A DNA stretch of 64,000 bases, taken from positions 245,520,001 through 245,584,000 of the forward strand of contig NC_067403.1 in NCBI RefSeq assembly GCF_016432865.1. The letters run 5' to 3'. This DNA comes from Antechinus flavipes. Lineage: Eukaryota. The notes beneath the pieces are model-generated. The model saw only the letters and a list, made by a program, of their open reading frames with translations. It had not been told where the DNA came from and searched no databases. Positions 13,924 through 26,227 of the stretch are shown here, one piece after another; the stretch's first letter is position 1; each line of letters opens with the position of its first letter. The translations under genes were made by a program, and so were the position numbers.

Positions 13924-14639
13924 AGATGATATTATTGTTTGTTTATTCTTCATCATGCCTTTTACTATAGACAATACTGCAGATCCTTAGCTTTGCATTC
14001 TGGCATTACAGCATTTTGTGCTTTAAAAAGTCTCACCAGCTAGACCACTTATGTCAGAGTGATAGGCAACCAGGATGTTTTTAGAACTGTTTATAGTAGA
14101 TTTTGAAACACCATGAATGTACTAGATACCTAATCTGAAAGAGTTTATCACTGTTCCCACTCTTTAAAAGAATAATATCTTGGGGGAAGTTGTGTGTAAA
14201 ATCTCTGTGGGGAAAATTCAGTGAGACAGTACCATTTCCAACTTCATGTTGAGGATCCAAGTGATAACTTTCTTTTGTCAGCCTTATCTTCAATCTTCAT
14301 CTCACTCTTATAAATACAGTGAATAAAAAAAAAGTAAGAAAAGAAAAGAAAAGAAAAAGAAAAACTGGACTAATTGGCATCACCAAATTGTCTTTGAAAT
14401 CTAGAATCATCATGATTTAGCGAATAGGACCCCATTTAATAGAATGGGAAATAGAATGAACTCTTCAAAGTCCCATCTTATTTTTTTTATGTCTGAACAT
14501 GTTCTAGTAGCATTTGATTTTATATTTGTGCTACAGTAACAAAACTGATGATAACTTGCATGACTAGGAATAATGCTTTAATATCTACAAGATTCTGTCT
14601 CTATGTTATCTGCTTGGATCCTCAGTCATGCCACAGGAC

Positions 14640-15020
14640 TTAATATAATATAATTGATATAATTGCCCTCTTTTTACAAATGAGGAAACTGAGTTTCTGA
14701 AAAGCCAAGTAATTTGATTATAGTCACATGTTTGGTAAGACTTAGAGGTGAAATAAGAACACAGGATTTCTGATGCAGGGCAAAGAATCTCTTTAACACA
14801 ACATGTTGCCTCATAGAAGTGAGGTTGCCAGAGTACTGACTTTGAAGTTAGTAAGGTCATGGTATTTCCCATATCGGGTATTTGCCAGAGGTGTGATGCT
14901 GTCAGGGCAAGTTTACTGAATCCTGACTTATGCAATGCAATGATAATAGCACCTTGCAGCATAGAGTGGTTTTGAGAATCAAATGACATAAAGTATTTAA
15001 AGCACTTTTTTTAACTTTAA
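14640..15020. mobile_element. MIR/CORE-SINE fragments
   Basis: tttacaaatgaggaaactgag...gtcacatg, and a second piece gggcaagtttactgaa...taatagcacct...ttttgagaatcaaatga. Confidence 0.7.
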
Positions 15021-16587
15021 AATTTTTATAGTTATAAAAATATATCAATCCAATTTAAGTGCAGGCATAGAGGAGTGAAAAAGAAAGAATCTTTCTACAC
15101 CATGCATATCAAACTTAGAATCAAGAAAATTGTGAGTTTAACTTTGAGTTTTGGGACAACTGTTTTAGGGCACTTTAAGTTGGAGATCCTGGAATCGACT
15201 GGATATTCAACATTATAATTGGGGATCTTTGGTAATACTAAGATTGTAAAACAGTACTAAGCTAATAATGAGATCTTATTGAATAGATACAGATATGACA
15301 ATTAAGTCAATTTATTACTTGAAGCTCAGACATAAATAACTTAAACACATTTCTGAAACTTTCCACTTTTCATAGATGGGAGGCTTTATACAAGAATTAT
15401 GGTTGTTTATACCAAGTCATATCAAACTTTCTGAAAGTGATCCAATTTTGTCAATTTCTTGAAGTGACCTCAACAGTCATTTCCAGGACATTTGAATGAT
15501 ATTTGTAAAATGTATCATCTATAAATAATTATCTTCCATCAATGAGAGGAAGAAATGGGAAGAATATCATAGCTTCACTTGCTGAGATATGTAAAAGGGA
15601 AAGGAAGGATAAAGGGCTCCCTTATTCTCAAATTCAATTATTTGTATTTTATTTTCACTTTATGACTGGTTTTTGAAAGGATTAAAAAAATCCTTCAAGT
15701 TGCCTTTACTCTAATGTCTTCTCACAGGATTCATACAATGTTCCATAACATCAAGAATCTAGAGACATTCCCTCCCACTTGATGTATACAGAGACTACTG
15801 GTTTCCCTAGATAACGTATTATCAGGTAAATAACCTGGGAAGGAAATCTCTATTTCTCATGTATATATTCAAACCAATAATTTTCTTTAGATCCTGCTCT
15901 GCTTTTTATGCAACTTTATGCAATTTTTTATGCAAGACTTAACAAAATCCAGAAAAAAAATGCAATTTTGTAGGTTTATCTGCATCTTCATTGTTGCTTT
16001 TTGATATTTAATTCTTGTTTGACAGAAAACATCTTATCTTAAATCTTAGCTGACCAATCTCACAGATAATCTCATGGAAATAAAAATATATATATATGGG
16101 AGATTGTATACTGCTAGTGGCTGGCAGCACAATAATTTTTGTAATATAGGCTATTTTTTTCAGGGTACCATTAGGAAAATAAATTGCATGAAGTTCTATT
16201 ATATCACAGAAGAGAGGCAAAAGAGGAAGGAAGAAAAACAATTTAGAACTCAATCTTACAAAAATGAATATTGAAAAATATCTTTACATGTAATTAGAAA
16301 AATAAAATGCTATTGAATTAAAAATTAAAAACAAACAGAAAATGAAATATATTAAATAAATCATTATTTTACACAGGCTCAATTTTATGGTAGAGACAGT
16401 AAATGAATCTGTCAATGATATAAACACTGAGGTGAAGTTATGCAAAGCAAGGGAATATTTGCCTAATTACTTAATATCATATTTATCATGAGTATTCCCA
16501 AATATCCTGCACATAGAATTTCTCATCATTAATTCTTCTTTGCTTCACACAGCATATCTCTTTTTCTTCTTAGACTACTTTCCTTGG

Positions 16588-17559
16588 ATGGAAGAAATGG
16601 ATAAATGGAATGAAACCACATTTATTCAAGTAACTGAATTCATTCTCATGGGCATCACAGATCATCCTGACCTGCAGATCCCTCTCTTCCTTGTGTTTCT
16701 CATCATTTACCTGGTCATAGTTCTGGGAAACGTGGGCTTGATTATCTTGACTAAGATTGATTCTCACCTGAAAACTCCCATGTACTTTTTCCTCAGAAAT
16801 TTGGCATTTATTGATCTTGGATACTCCACTGCCATTGGCCCAAAAATGTTAGTTAATTTTGTAGTGGAAAAAAATACCATCTCCTATACTGCATGTGCAA
16901 TCCAGTTAGTTGTCTTTATAACATTAATGATAAATGAACTTTTTATGCTATCAGTAATGGCTTATGATCGTTATGTAGCAATATGCAATCCCCTACTGTA
17001 TATGGTCATCATGTCAGATAAAATGTGCTGTCTTTTGGTTTCCATCCCTTATGTCTACAGCTCCTTTGAAGCACTGCTAATTACAATTAAGATTTTTAAT
17101 TCATCTTTTTGGAAATCTAACATCATTAGTCATTTCTATTGTGATAGTCTCCCCCTTTTAAGTATTTTATGCAGGGATGCAAAGGATGTAGAATTAATTC
17201 TTCTGAGCCTTTCTGCTTTTAATTTGATTTTCTCTCTGCTAATTGTTCTTGTTTCATATGGATTCATTCTTTTGGCCATCATTAGGATGAATTCTGCTGA
17301 AGGCAGACGCAAAGCCTTCTCTACTTGCGGCTCCCATCTCACAGTGGTGGTTATCTTGTATGGCACGCTAATTTTCATGTACCTGCAGCCCAAATCAAAT
17401 CATTCCTTTGATACAGACAAAATGGCTTCTGTCTTTTATACCCTGGTTATTCCCATGCTGAATCCTTTGATCTACAGTTTGAGAAATAAGGAGGTAAAAG
17501 GTGCTTTGAAAAGAGCCCTGGAAAATCAATGCAAATGCCTTCTTTGTGGTACCATATAG
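16588..17559 (+). CDS. Olfactory receptor, OR8K-like, intact (OR2). True start is ATG 16588 (MEEMDKWNETT) or 16597, not the TTG at 16540
   Basis: Motifs LAFIDLGYSTAIGPKML, MAYDRYVAIC, HFYCDSLPLL, KAFSTCGSHL, HSFDTDK and PMLNPLIYSLRN are typical of OR8K3/K5-like receptors. NET sequon present. Strong acceptor tctctttttcttcttag ends at 16573. Confidence 0.96.
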   Translation: MEEMDKWNETTFIQVTEFILMGITDHPDLQIPLFLVFLIIYLVIVLGNVGLIILTKIDSHLKTPMYFFLRNLAFIDLGYSTAIGPKMLVNFVVEKNTISYTACAIQLVVFITLMINELFMLSVMAYDRYVAICNPLLYMVIMSDKMCCLLVSIPYVYSSFEALLITIKIFNSSFWKSNIISHFYCDSLPLLSILCRDAKDVELILLSLSAFNLIFSLLIVLVSYGFILLAIIRMNSAEGRRKAFSTCGSHLTVVVILYGTLIFMYLQPKSNHSFDTDKMASVFYTLVIPMLNPLIYSLRNKEVKGALKRALENQCKCLLCGTI

Positions 17560-18984
17560 AATGAGATCTTAATTTAATATTAGAAGCAAAAGTCAAACCT
17601 TTGATATTTATTTCTGTTTTTAGGTTTGTAGAAAAAATAATAAAGTTATAGAAATGCCCTTAGTTAAATACCTTTTAGTGGAGGGAGAAAGATGTAAATC
17701 TAGCTCTCTCTAACATGCATTATCAAACTACACATTTTTCCTTATTGTCATTCACCAAAGGATTAGTATTTTGGCTTATTTTCCATGCCCTTCCTCCTCC
17801 ATAATCGCCCTCACATTTTTTCATTCATCTCTACACCCTATATTCTGAACCATAGGATAAAAGCAGAGACTTAATAGGAAAAATATCATAGCATATTCAT
17901 GGTAAGAATGAAAATGGAAGCCTTAATGATGTTCATTTTGGGAAGTATAAACCAAACCCTTCAAATAGGTAGAAAGAATCTTGATCTGCATCATGGAATA
18001 ATGCAAATCTCAAATTAAATTGTAATCTCACAATTTAGTCCAACCTACGTCAATAGGAGAGATTTTCCCCCAGTACTCAAATGTCTCAATACAAAGAATT
18101 CAAACAAATACAGAGAACATATATGAGATAAAATATTGTGATCTGGTCACCAGTATTAGACTATGAAATAACGTATATGACTTGTTGGAGAACAAAGAGT
18201 ATCTTCTCAAATCATTCATTTTTTAGTGATTCTGCTTTGGTTTTTTCTCCCCTTCACCCTTTTAGGATGTGAAAGTGTGATGCTGGGCTCAATTAGTTGC
18301 TCTTCTTAATCTGATTCCTTATTTTATTTTATTTTTTGATCAATAATATATTAATGAAATGATTACCAATTTTAGGTATATAAATTGCAAGTCAGCCCCT
18401 AAGTCATTTCCTAAGGCAAGCCACTATGTTGTGAAGCCATTCTTGTGACCCTTCTTAGCATTAAATTTTTATCCAAATTATTCTCTATTTATCTCTAGCA
18501 ATGGAGGTGAAATATGAGGAAACTGAAGTTCAGAGAATCTAAGACATTTTGCCTTTTGTCACACCCTTGAGATATATCACAGGCTAGATTTCACATGCAA
18601 GGATATTTCACTCTAAGATGGGGGATATGTCTACTTTATATACCAACTCCTCAAGAATTTCTTTAGCCTTATTCCTTTACCCCAAATTGTTAGGTTGTCT
18701 CTTAAGACAGGACTACCAAAAGTAAATTATTTTTATTCATTTTAAACTCAATTTTTTCCTAGTGTTGAGGCTAGGAATGCTGGTTATATCTCTACTGTCC
18801 ATAATACTAAGTTATATAAATTATAGATGTTGATTGAATTGAACTAATCTGAACTGGATTAAATTAAATTTAATCAGATGAAATATCTACGGGGAAACAT
18901 ATTAAGCTATAACAGGCTTCTTAACTTGGGATTGCAGGTGTTCTATGACCTCAAAGAAAAATGTAAACATATACATAAATACAC

Positions 18985-19028
18985 AATCACATACACACAT
19001 ATGCATACATGCATATGTGTGTGTGTGT

Positions 19029-19073
<45 letters not shown>

Positions 19074-19086
19074 CACATGTGTGTAT
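18985..19086. repeat. Compound (TG)n(AC)n(AT)n microsatellite with a 30-bp palindrome (19016-19045)
   Basis: Direct reading. Confidence 0.95.
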
Positions 19087-19579
19087 CAATATATAAATGT
19101 GTCTGTGCATATATAATTTTTATTTTCACTAACTTTGGCTTCTTGGTTAATCATATGCATTTATTTTACTAATTTCCCCTTGTGAAAGGCTCCATAAGAT
19201 TTAGCAGACCACCAAAGGGGACCATGACTAGACATATTCTAGGTTTATTTAAATCAAACTTAATCTTTCCATCCTTATGAGCAAGCCATTCTCTGCCATC
19301 TAGTGTCAGTCTTCCTATATAGCAAGAAGACTTTTAGAATATATAAACTCAAAGGATTAATGAGCAAGAAACACAAGGGTGTGTGCTGGAAACAAATCCC
19401 ACAGATGCCTAACTTCCCATTGTGAAATTTTGTGTATATCTTTATATAACATTGAATTAAAAAAAAACACTATAAGATTTTGATTTTTATATATTTAGAG
19501 AGTATAAATCATGCTGATTAAAATGAAAAGTCTTTGTGTGCTTTAAAAAAAATACCTTCTTTAGGCCTGCATTGTTAAA

Positions 19580-21266
19580 TATTTATGTGTTCACCTTGAG
19601 GAAAAAACCATTAAAATAAGTGAAAATGTAACTAGGTCCTGAGATGTGGATGAAGTGCCTCCAGATACCATATTGAAAATGCCATTTAAGAAGATTCTGT
19701 TGAATTACATGAATAGAATTAACAGTTTGGTAAAAAGAGGCAAAAAATACAAAAGAAAAGAAAAATCTATAACTGGACAAAACCAAGACATCACAGTAGA
19801 GGCATCAGTCCAACTGCACTTGCTCAATATTCCCTTTCAAACAACTTTAAAATAACTTTTGAAATCAAATTTGATATAGCAGAGACAAAAAAAGTCAGAT
19901 TGAAATAATTTTCCAGATGAAGACAACTTAACAGGTCTGAAAGAAATAATTATGCAATGAGGGTAGGCATCAACACCAATTTTTGACCTTGTTATTGATT
20001 AGTAATTCTATTGCCCATAGCAATTCTAGATAATAGTTCCAAGAGTAGATAGCGATACTTGTGGTCTAGTTACATGTCTATGGTGGAGAAGAACACTGGT
20101 CCTCTTGGTTGTAGAAGCATAAGGGATCTAGTCACAGTCCCAAGGGCATGACAAAAGAAAATGCTTGTGTTTATAGTAAGCAGGGACACTTACTGGCCAA
20201 AGAGAAATGCACAGAACAGGAAAGCTGTGACTACCCATCTCTATGGATCATATCACTTTGGATGCACAGAGTATCTGCAGAACCATAGAACTACCTCTGA
20301 AAACAGCAATACCAAAAAGCATGAATTTTGGTACAGTGTCTTCCCATGCCAAGCCAAATTTTAAGACTAAGTTATAAGTCAAGAAACAAACTGGAAAAAT
20401 GAGCAAATAATACAAAATGCAATTTAACCATAAAAAAGGTCTATGGCAGCAGGGAAAAAGAAAGAAAGAAACTCAGAAGACACTTATGGAAAACAAGTAA
20501 AGGCTAAAAAGAGAAATAACTATTAAATAAACACAAAACCAAATAAGAATTTCTGGAAAAATTAAAGAAAAAGCTTAGAAGAGATGATTTGGCATATGAT
20601 ATTCTGGAAGGCTAATGAGCTAGGATTCCATCCAAAAATATTTTGCCCAGCAAAATTAGTATAATCAGGGAAAAAAGAGAATATTAATGGAATCAAAGAT
20701 TTTGAAGTGTGTCTAATGAAAAGACTAGAGCTAGATAGGAAAACTTGATATACAAACGCAAGACACAAGAGAAAAAATAGAAAGGGAAATATTGGAAAGC
20801 AATTTTAAGAGACTCAAGAAATTTTAACATTTCTATATGGCAAGATAATACATATAGCTTTTATGAACTTTTTTCATTATGAAGATAATTAGATGTCTAT
20901 ATCTACAGAGGGCATTAAGATGAATTGATTATGCTGGGATGATCTGAAAAAATAGTGAGAAAGGGATATACTGGGAGAAGTGGGAATCAACAGGTAGGAT
21001 AGAGACTTTTTTCTCTCATGAAAAAAGTTATGATAAGAGATGCTTTAATAATAGAGAGGCAAATGAGAGTAGCTTGATAGTACAATGCTTGAAACTTATT
21101 TTTACTGGAGTTGCCTCAAAAAGCATGATCTATATAGAGATTCATTTGAATATAGCAAGCTATGTTAATCAATGGGGAAAGAAGAGGAAAAGGAGTCAAG
21201 AGAGATGTCCGGGAATTATTCAAGGGAAAAAAGATTAAGGGTGGCAGTGGCAGGAAGGAAAACAGG

Positions 21267-21298
<32 letters not shown>

Positions 21299-21646
21299 GG
21301 AGGGACAGGATAAAGAAAGAGAAAAATAAATAAAATAACAAGATGGAGGGAAATAAACAGATTGTAAGCATAAATGTGAATGGAAATGAAATGAGCTCAC
21401 CCCTAGAGAAGCAGATAGTTGAATGTATTGGAAACTTAAATCTAACTATATGTTGTTTTACCGAGATATACCTGAAAACTCACACATAAAGTTAAAAGAG
21501 AGACTGGAGTAGAATCAATTATGGTTCTCCTAAAGGAAAAAAAAATAAGGACAAAGCAATGGATAAAGAAAAAGCAAAAATAGAATTAATTAAAAGGACT
21601 AATTGGTGAAACTACATTTTGCTAAAAGGTTCTATGAACAATGAAA

Positions 21647-21690
<44 letters not shown>

Positions 21691-22530
21691 CGTCTATCTA
21701 CTACCTATTTATAAAGAGAAAGTACATTTCTCTGATATATGCATTTCATAAATATGTTAGAAATAGTCAAATTTATTAAAAAAAATAAAAACAATTCCCT
21801 AATTGGTAAATGCTCAGAGGACATTAACAAGCAGTTTTCAGAAGAAAACAAATTAAAACCATTGTTAGTCATATTTTTTTTTTAAATCTAAGTTATTATT
21901 GATTAGCAGAAAGCCCATTGAAACAACTCTGAAGTAATCCTTTATTCATAGAATTGACAGATGCTAGAAGGAATGACTTGGGATATATATACACATACAC
22001 TAATAAACTGTGGAAATATAAACTGCTTTGATCATTATGATGAACAATTTGGAACTGTGACCAAAGGAGTATACCCTCTGGCTCAGTCATATCACTAAAA
22101 GGTCTGTTCCCACAAAGAGATCAAAGAAAAAGAAAAAGAACTTATATATACAAAAATATTTATAGCAATTCTTTTTTGTGGTGGGAAAGAATTGGAAATC
22201 TAAGGGATGCTCATTGTCTGGGGAATATCTGAACACCATGAAGCACATGATTATAATAAAATAATAGTATCCCATAAGGAAATGATGAGGAATGGTTTCA
22301 GAGGGGAAAAATGGCAAAAACTATATAAACTGATGCAAAGTGAACTGAAAAAAAGCTGGGAGATGATTTTTTCATAACAATAATATTTTAATGATGATCA
22401 ACTATGAACGATTAGGCTACTTTGATGATGAAAAATGTTATCCATCTCCAGAAAGTTAATTGATAAACTCTAAGCATAAATTGACGTAAAATATTTTCAC
22501 CTTTTTTATTATTTTTCTTTATTTTTGCCT
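19580..22530 (+). mobile_element. Old, internally deleted L1 (5'UTR/ORF1, ORF2 start, 3' end)
   Basis: ORF1 start-like atgagcaaataatacaaaatg at ~20400, ORF1 C-terminal ccagcaaaattagtataatc, ORF2 EN-like aactacattttgctaaaagg, and 3' ORF2/UTR text at 21870-22530. Confidence 0.7.
21648..21690. repeat. (CA)n microsatellite
   Basis: Direct reading. Confidence 0.95.
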
Positions 22531-23224
22531 ACATGGCTTTTAGGGAAATGATAGGATTATAGGATACAGGGATAAATTCTCCCATAAGGAGTAGACATCA
22601 TAACATGATTTTCTGATTGGATATAGTAAGTGTGTAGTTATGATCATTTTATGAATGCAAATAATTCAGCTAAGAATTGTACCTGAGATCCTGTCTAGTC
22701 TGGGCTGTAGTAAAAGTCCACTTCAAGAAAAGGCCTACTTATGAACAAAAGCTCCACTTCAGGCTGAGAAGATCCCATCAATTGTCTACCCTGTTTGCCT
22801 AAGGGAGTAAATAGACTTTCACGTTGTATAGGGTAATTTGGCTCTTTATCAAAGACCACTTAACTATCCAGTACCTAATCAGAAATATTTTTCATGATTT
22901 CGTACCCAAACTTCATGTTTGTGATGTAACTTACTCTCTTCCCCCAGCAGGAAGAAGCTATTATCAGATAATTCCAAGACTATCTAGAAAAGAATTTTAG
23001 TAACCCCCATTGTCCATCCTCCAACATCTGGGTATCAATTTGAAAAATTGATTAGCATATCTTTAGATTGGCATGGGACCTGATCTGCAAGGTGCATTTA
23101 ATATGCTTCCTGATTTCCCCTTTGAGCTCCCTCTTACTTCCTTGGTACCTCCTCCTTCTTGAGTTTGGGCCTTTGCACCTGGGAAACTCCAAAGCTATAT
23201 TTCCCATTAAAGAATTTCTAATTC

Positions 23225-23485
23225 TTTTCATATTTTAACTTGGAGAGCAAGATGATAAGGAAGAGACTTGAGTAATGAGTCCCTAGTGTGCCTTATTTCC
23301 CTGGAGAAAGGGCCATATAATGGAGATTTTTTTTTTTCTGAATTATATGAAGTTGGACACATATTATATAATTTGTTATTTAGGAGAGGCTACTAGATGC
23401 TTCAGGAATAAGTAAGGACCTTAGCAATATTCCTGAGGTTGAGGTGCATACCTTAAGGCACAGTTTTTCTCCTTTACAGGTGAGT
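23225..23485 (+). promoter_or_regulatory. OR promoter / exon-1-like module (copy upstream of OR3)
   Basis: TAATGAgTCCCT (23273), TCCCTGGAGA (23298-23307), catataa, and donor CAG|GTGAGT at 23479/23480. Confidence 0.55.
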
Positions 23486-26227
23486 TGCACTATTACACTG
23501 TATTTGTTTCTGATTTATTTTGTTTTGCTTCATTTTGTTGTATCATATCATGCCAATGTTATCAAAAGATTTAATGTGATTCTCAAGCTGCCATTATATC
23601 TCATAGACAACCATCACTTGCTCTTAAGGTCTAGAATTTCTGTCTCCATCATGTTTGAATAAGCCCAATGATGGAACACTATCCCATTTTCCCCCTAAAA
23701 TATAAATTATGAGCCTAAAATAGAAAAAAAAAATAGGTGTTGAATTTTTATCATTTTATCTTGAATTTTCCTGTCCTGCCATCTCTATACAAATGCCCCT
23801 TCCTACATCTACAATTGTTGTTTAAAGTCTAGAGAGTTATCTAAAAGACCAAGTTTAAAAGACTCATAATCAATGCAGGAAAAGAGGGAGTAGAGATGAA
23901 TTTTCAGCTTTCTCCTTGCTTCATAATTAGTCACAGCAGGACTTGTTAACACTAAATCCATTTCTATCATAAGGTCTTTCAGATGACTTCAGACCTATAG
24001 AAAGAAATAAATAAGCACAACTCTTGACCACCTGTATTAACAAAATTCATCTTAATTGCATTTTTCCTTAGAAGTTATCACTATAGCATTGTTTTCTTTG
24101 AATAAAAGTAGTATACATATTCATACAATCCTGACTTGAGGGACAATAAAGATGTGATCTGAATACAATTTCTTATCTAGAAAAGAACAGATCATATTGT
24201 ATGCAGTGTTTTAAGGTTTGAGAAATCTATCCAGCACACAATAATAGTCCTTTCAGGTCAATAATTGATTTGGCTATTGTAGCAATGTGAGCACTGCAGT
24301 AATTTCAGATATTTGGATGATTATACAAAAGAACAAGATCTGACAATTAGCAATGCATGAGTCTTTGAGCTTTCGTGGAATTACTTGCTTAATGGTATTT
24401 AAAAAACCTAAGCAAGAAAATGAGAATGTATCTGACTTCCCTAGGTTAAGGTTAGAAGTGACACAAATGCTTACTTGGAAAAGACTGTGAAGAACATATT
24501 GATTAATTGGTATCTGAAATATCAAAGACTTCTAAACATCCTATTGAATCCTCAAGTTTGATCATGTCTAGTGAAAAGGAATACACTCCTAAGGTGCACA
24601 TTGTTAGACATAATGCTCTGCTTTATATTTTGCATTTTTTGCATGCATATGAATTCTGTAATGTGCTGGTTAATTTCAGTAAGAAGTTCTTTGAAAGAAA
24701 ATTTTAGCACAGTGCCATTTTGAGTTTAATTTATACTATTAATATTTTTCCATTACATTTATGAATCTAAACATCTAATAAAACAACAAATCAAGCACTT
24801 AGACTTGCTGATTTCTGAGATACAAATGCTTACACTTGAAATTTCAACAGTAACTGATGCCAGTTTCAACAGCTCCCTTGATAAAATTTACCTCTAATCC
24901 TTTGGTTAGAGTTGAGATTAGGATTGGCAGAAGACATCAAATCCTTCAATATAGGTGTCCAGTAGAATTTAAATTTATTACTTTTACATTTCTCAAGCAA
25001 TCAGTTGGAAAAGGTAATCTTTCCAAACTGTCCTTGAAATTCAAATTTCTATGTCTTTGTTAATGAGAGAGAGAGACTTAAAAATTCATTTTCTCTATTT
25101 TGCCTGATCAAATCAAATTCACTATGACTCCAAATTCACTATTACTGAGATATTTAAGCTAAAATTATATGTCACAATCACTCCTTTACAACATCTTCTG
25201 GAACCCAGTTTGGAATTTTGGACTTACAATACTACAATCTACTACCACCCAATTGGATTTATTTTAACTTCTTTTCTATCAGTTAATAACTTACAAAGGC
25301 TCTCCTCTCACAATCAATTGTGAATTTTAAATCAATTCTGAATTTTAAATGTGTCTCACCTCTATGCTCTACTTGAAAAATTCTGGTAATGATACACACC
25401 CAAATTCCCCAAATAGGCCATTTGAGATTTGAAATTTAATTTTTAGTTTAATTGTGTTTTTCTTCCATGTCTATATATTGTTCCCATTTCTACCTTGATG
25501 AACTAACATAACCAGAAATAATATTTCTTTGTTGACAATTCATTATGTCCTTGATGAGAGATTTTTTACATCAATTTATCCCAAGACTTTCCTTCTCTAA
25601 GTTAATGATTTTCACTTTTTTTTTTTTTTACCTAATATTAACATGGTAAAGTTTTAAGTGCTCTCCCCATCAAGAACATTTGCCAGTTTGTCAATATGCT
25701 TCATATATGTATGCCCAGAAATGAAACAAACTTGAAGTTTATTTAAGGAAATTGAGATTTGGACTCATGCTCCCATTCACTCTAAAAATTATGTTCCATT
25801 AGTTCAATCTAATGTTTTATTTTCTTTTGTATGTATTTGCACAAGTGTATAAACTTATATCAAGCATAAATTCATTTAGGATCCTAGATATTTTTATCCA
25901 TGAAAATTCTTGCCTTGATGAATCCTATCAGTATCCCTATCAGTAGACATAATCAAGTCTAGATTTAAAAAAAATAATAATGCAATATAGTAGAATGATA
26001 CTAAGAAGAAAATAAGGTTGTGTGAGTTTGGGGCTGGAAGAGATCTGGAAAGAGTATATAAAGGATAATGAGACCAAATGTGGAAATCAGAAAATAGTCC
26101 AGTACACTCATCTAAAACTCTGGGGAATCCTTTTGCATTCTACTAAATATGGTGTATGATAGGATTGTGTAGCATTGTAGATGGGAGAAATAGGACTAGA
26201 AACATTATAGTAAAACTTAAACTTTAC

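Noticed and set aside
16540-16587. N-terminal extensions of OR2 and OR3 given by the ORF track (16540, 29355) and the 44306 start
   Set aside because: These use TTG starts. The OR2/OR3 extensions run through splice-acceptor or intron sequence, and 44306 is just the post-frameshift frame.
17136-17393. Recurrent minus-strand ORFs MRWEPQVEKAL... (also 29966-30172, 44719-44925, 3540-3788, 16570-16767)
   Set aside because: Antisense shadows of the OR coding sequences; they recur only because the ORs are paralogs.
18878-19172. ORFs with HTHT/CVCV repeats
   Set aside because: Translations of a compound microsatellite.
23444-23662. Similar short ORFs in three places (23444, 38681, 57792; also 41292/60198 and 43310/62407)
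   Set aside because: Starts, lengths and frames are not conserved. The similarity reflects segmental duplication of non-coding or pseudogenic DNA, not a conserved small protein.
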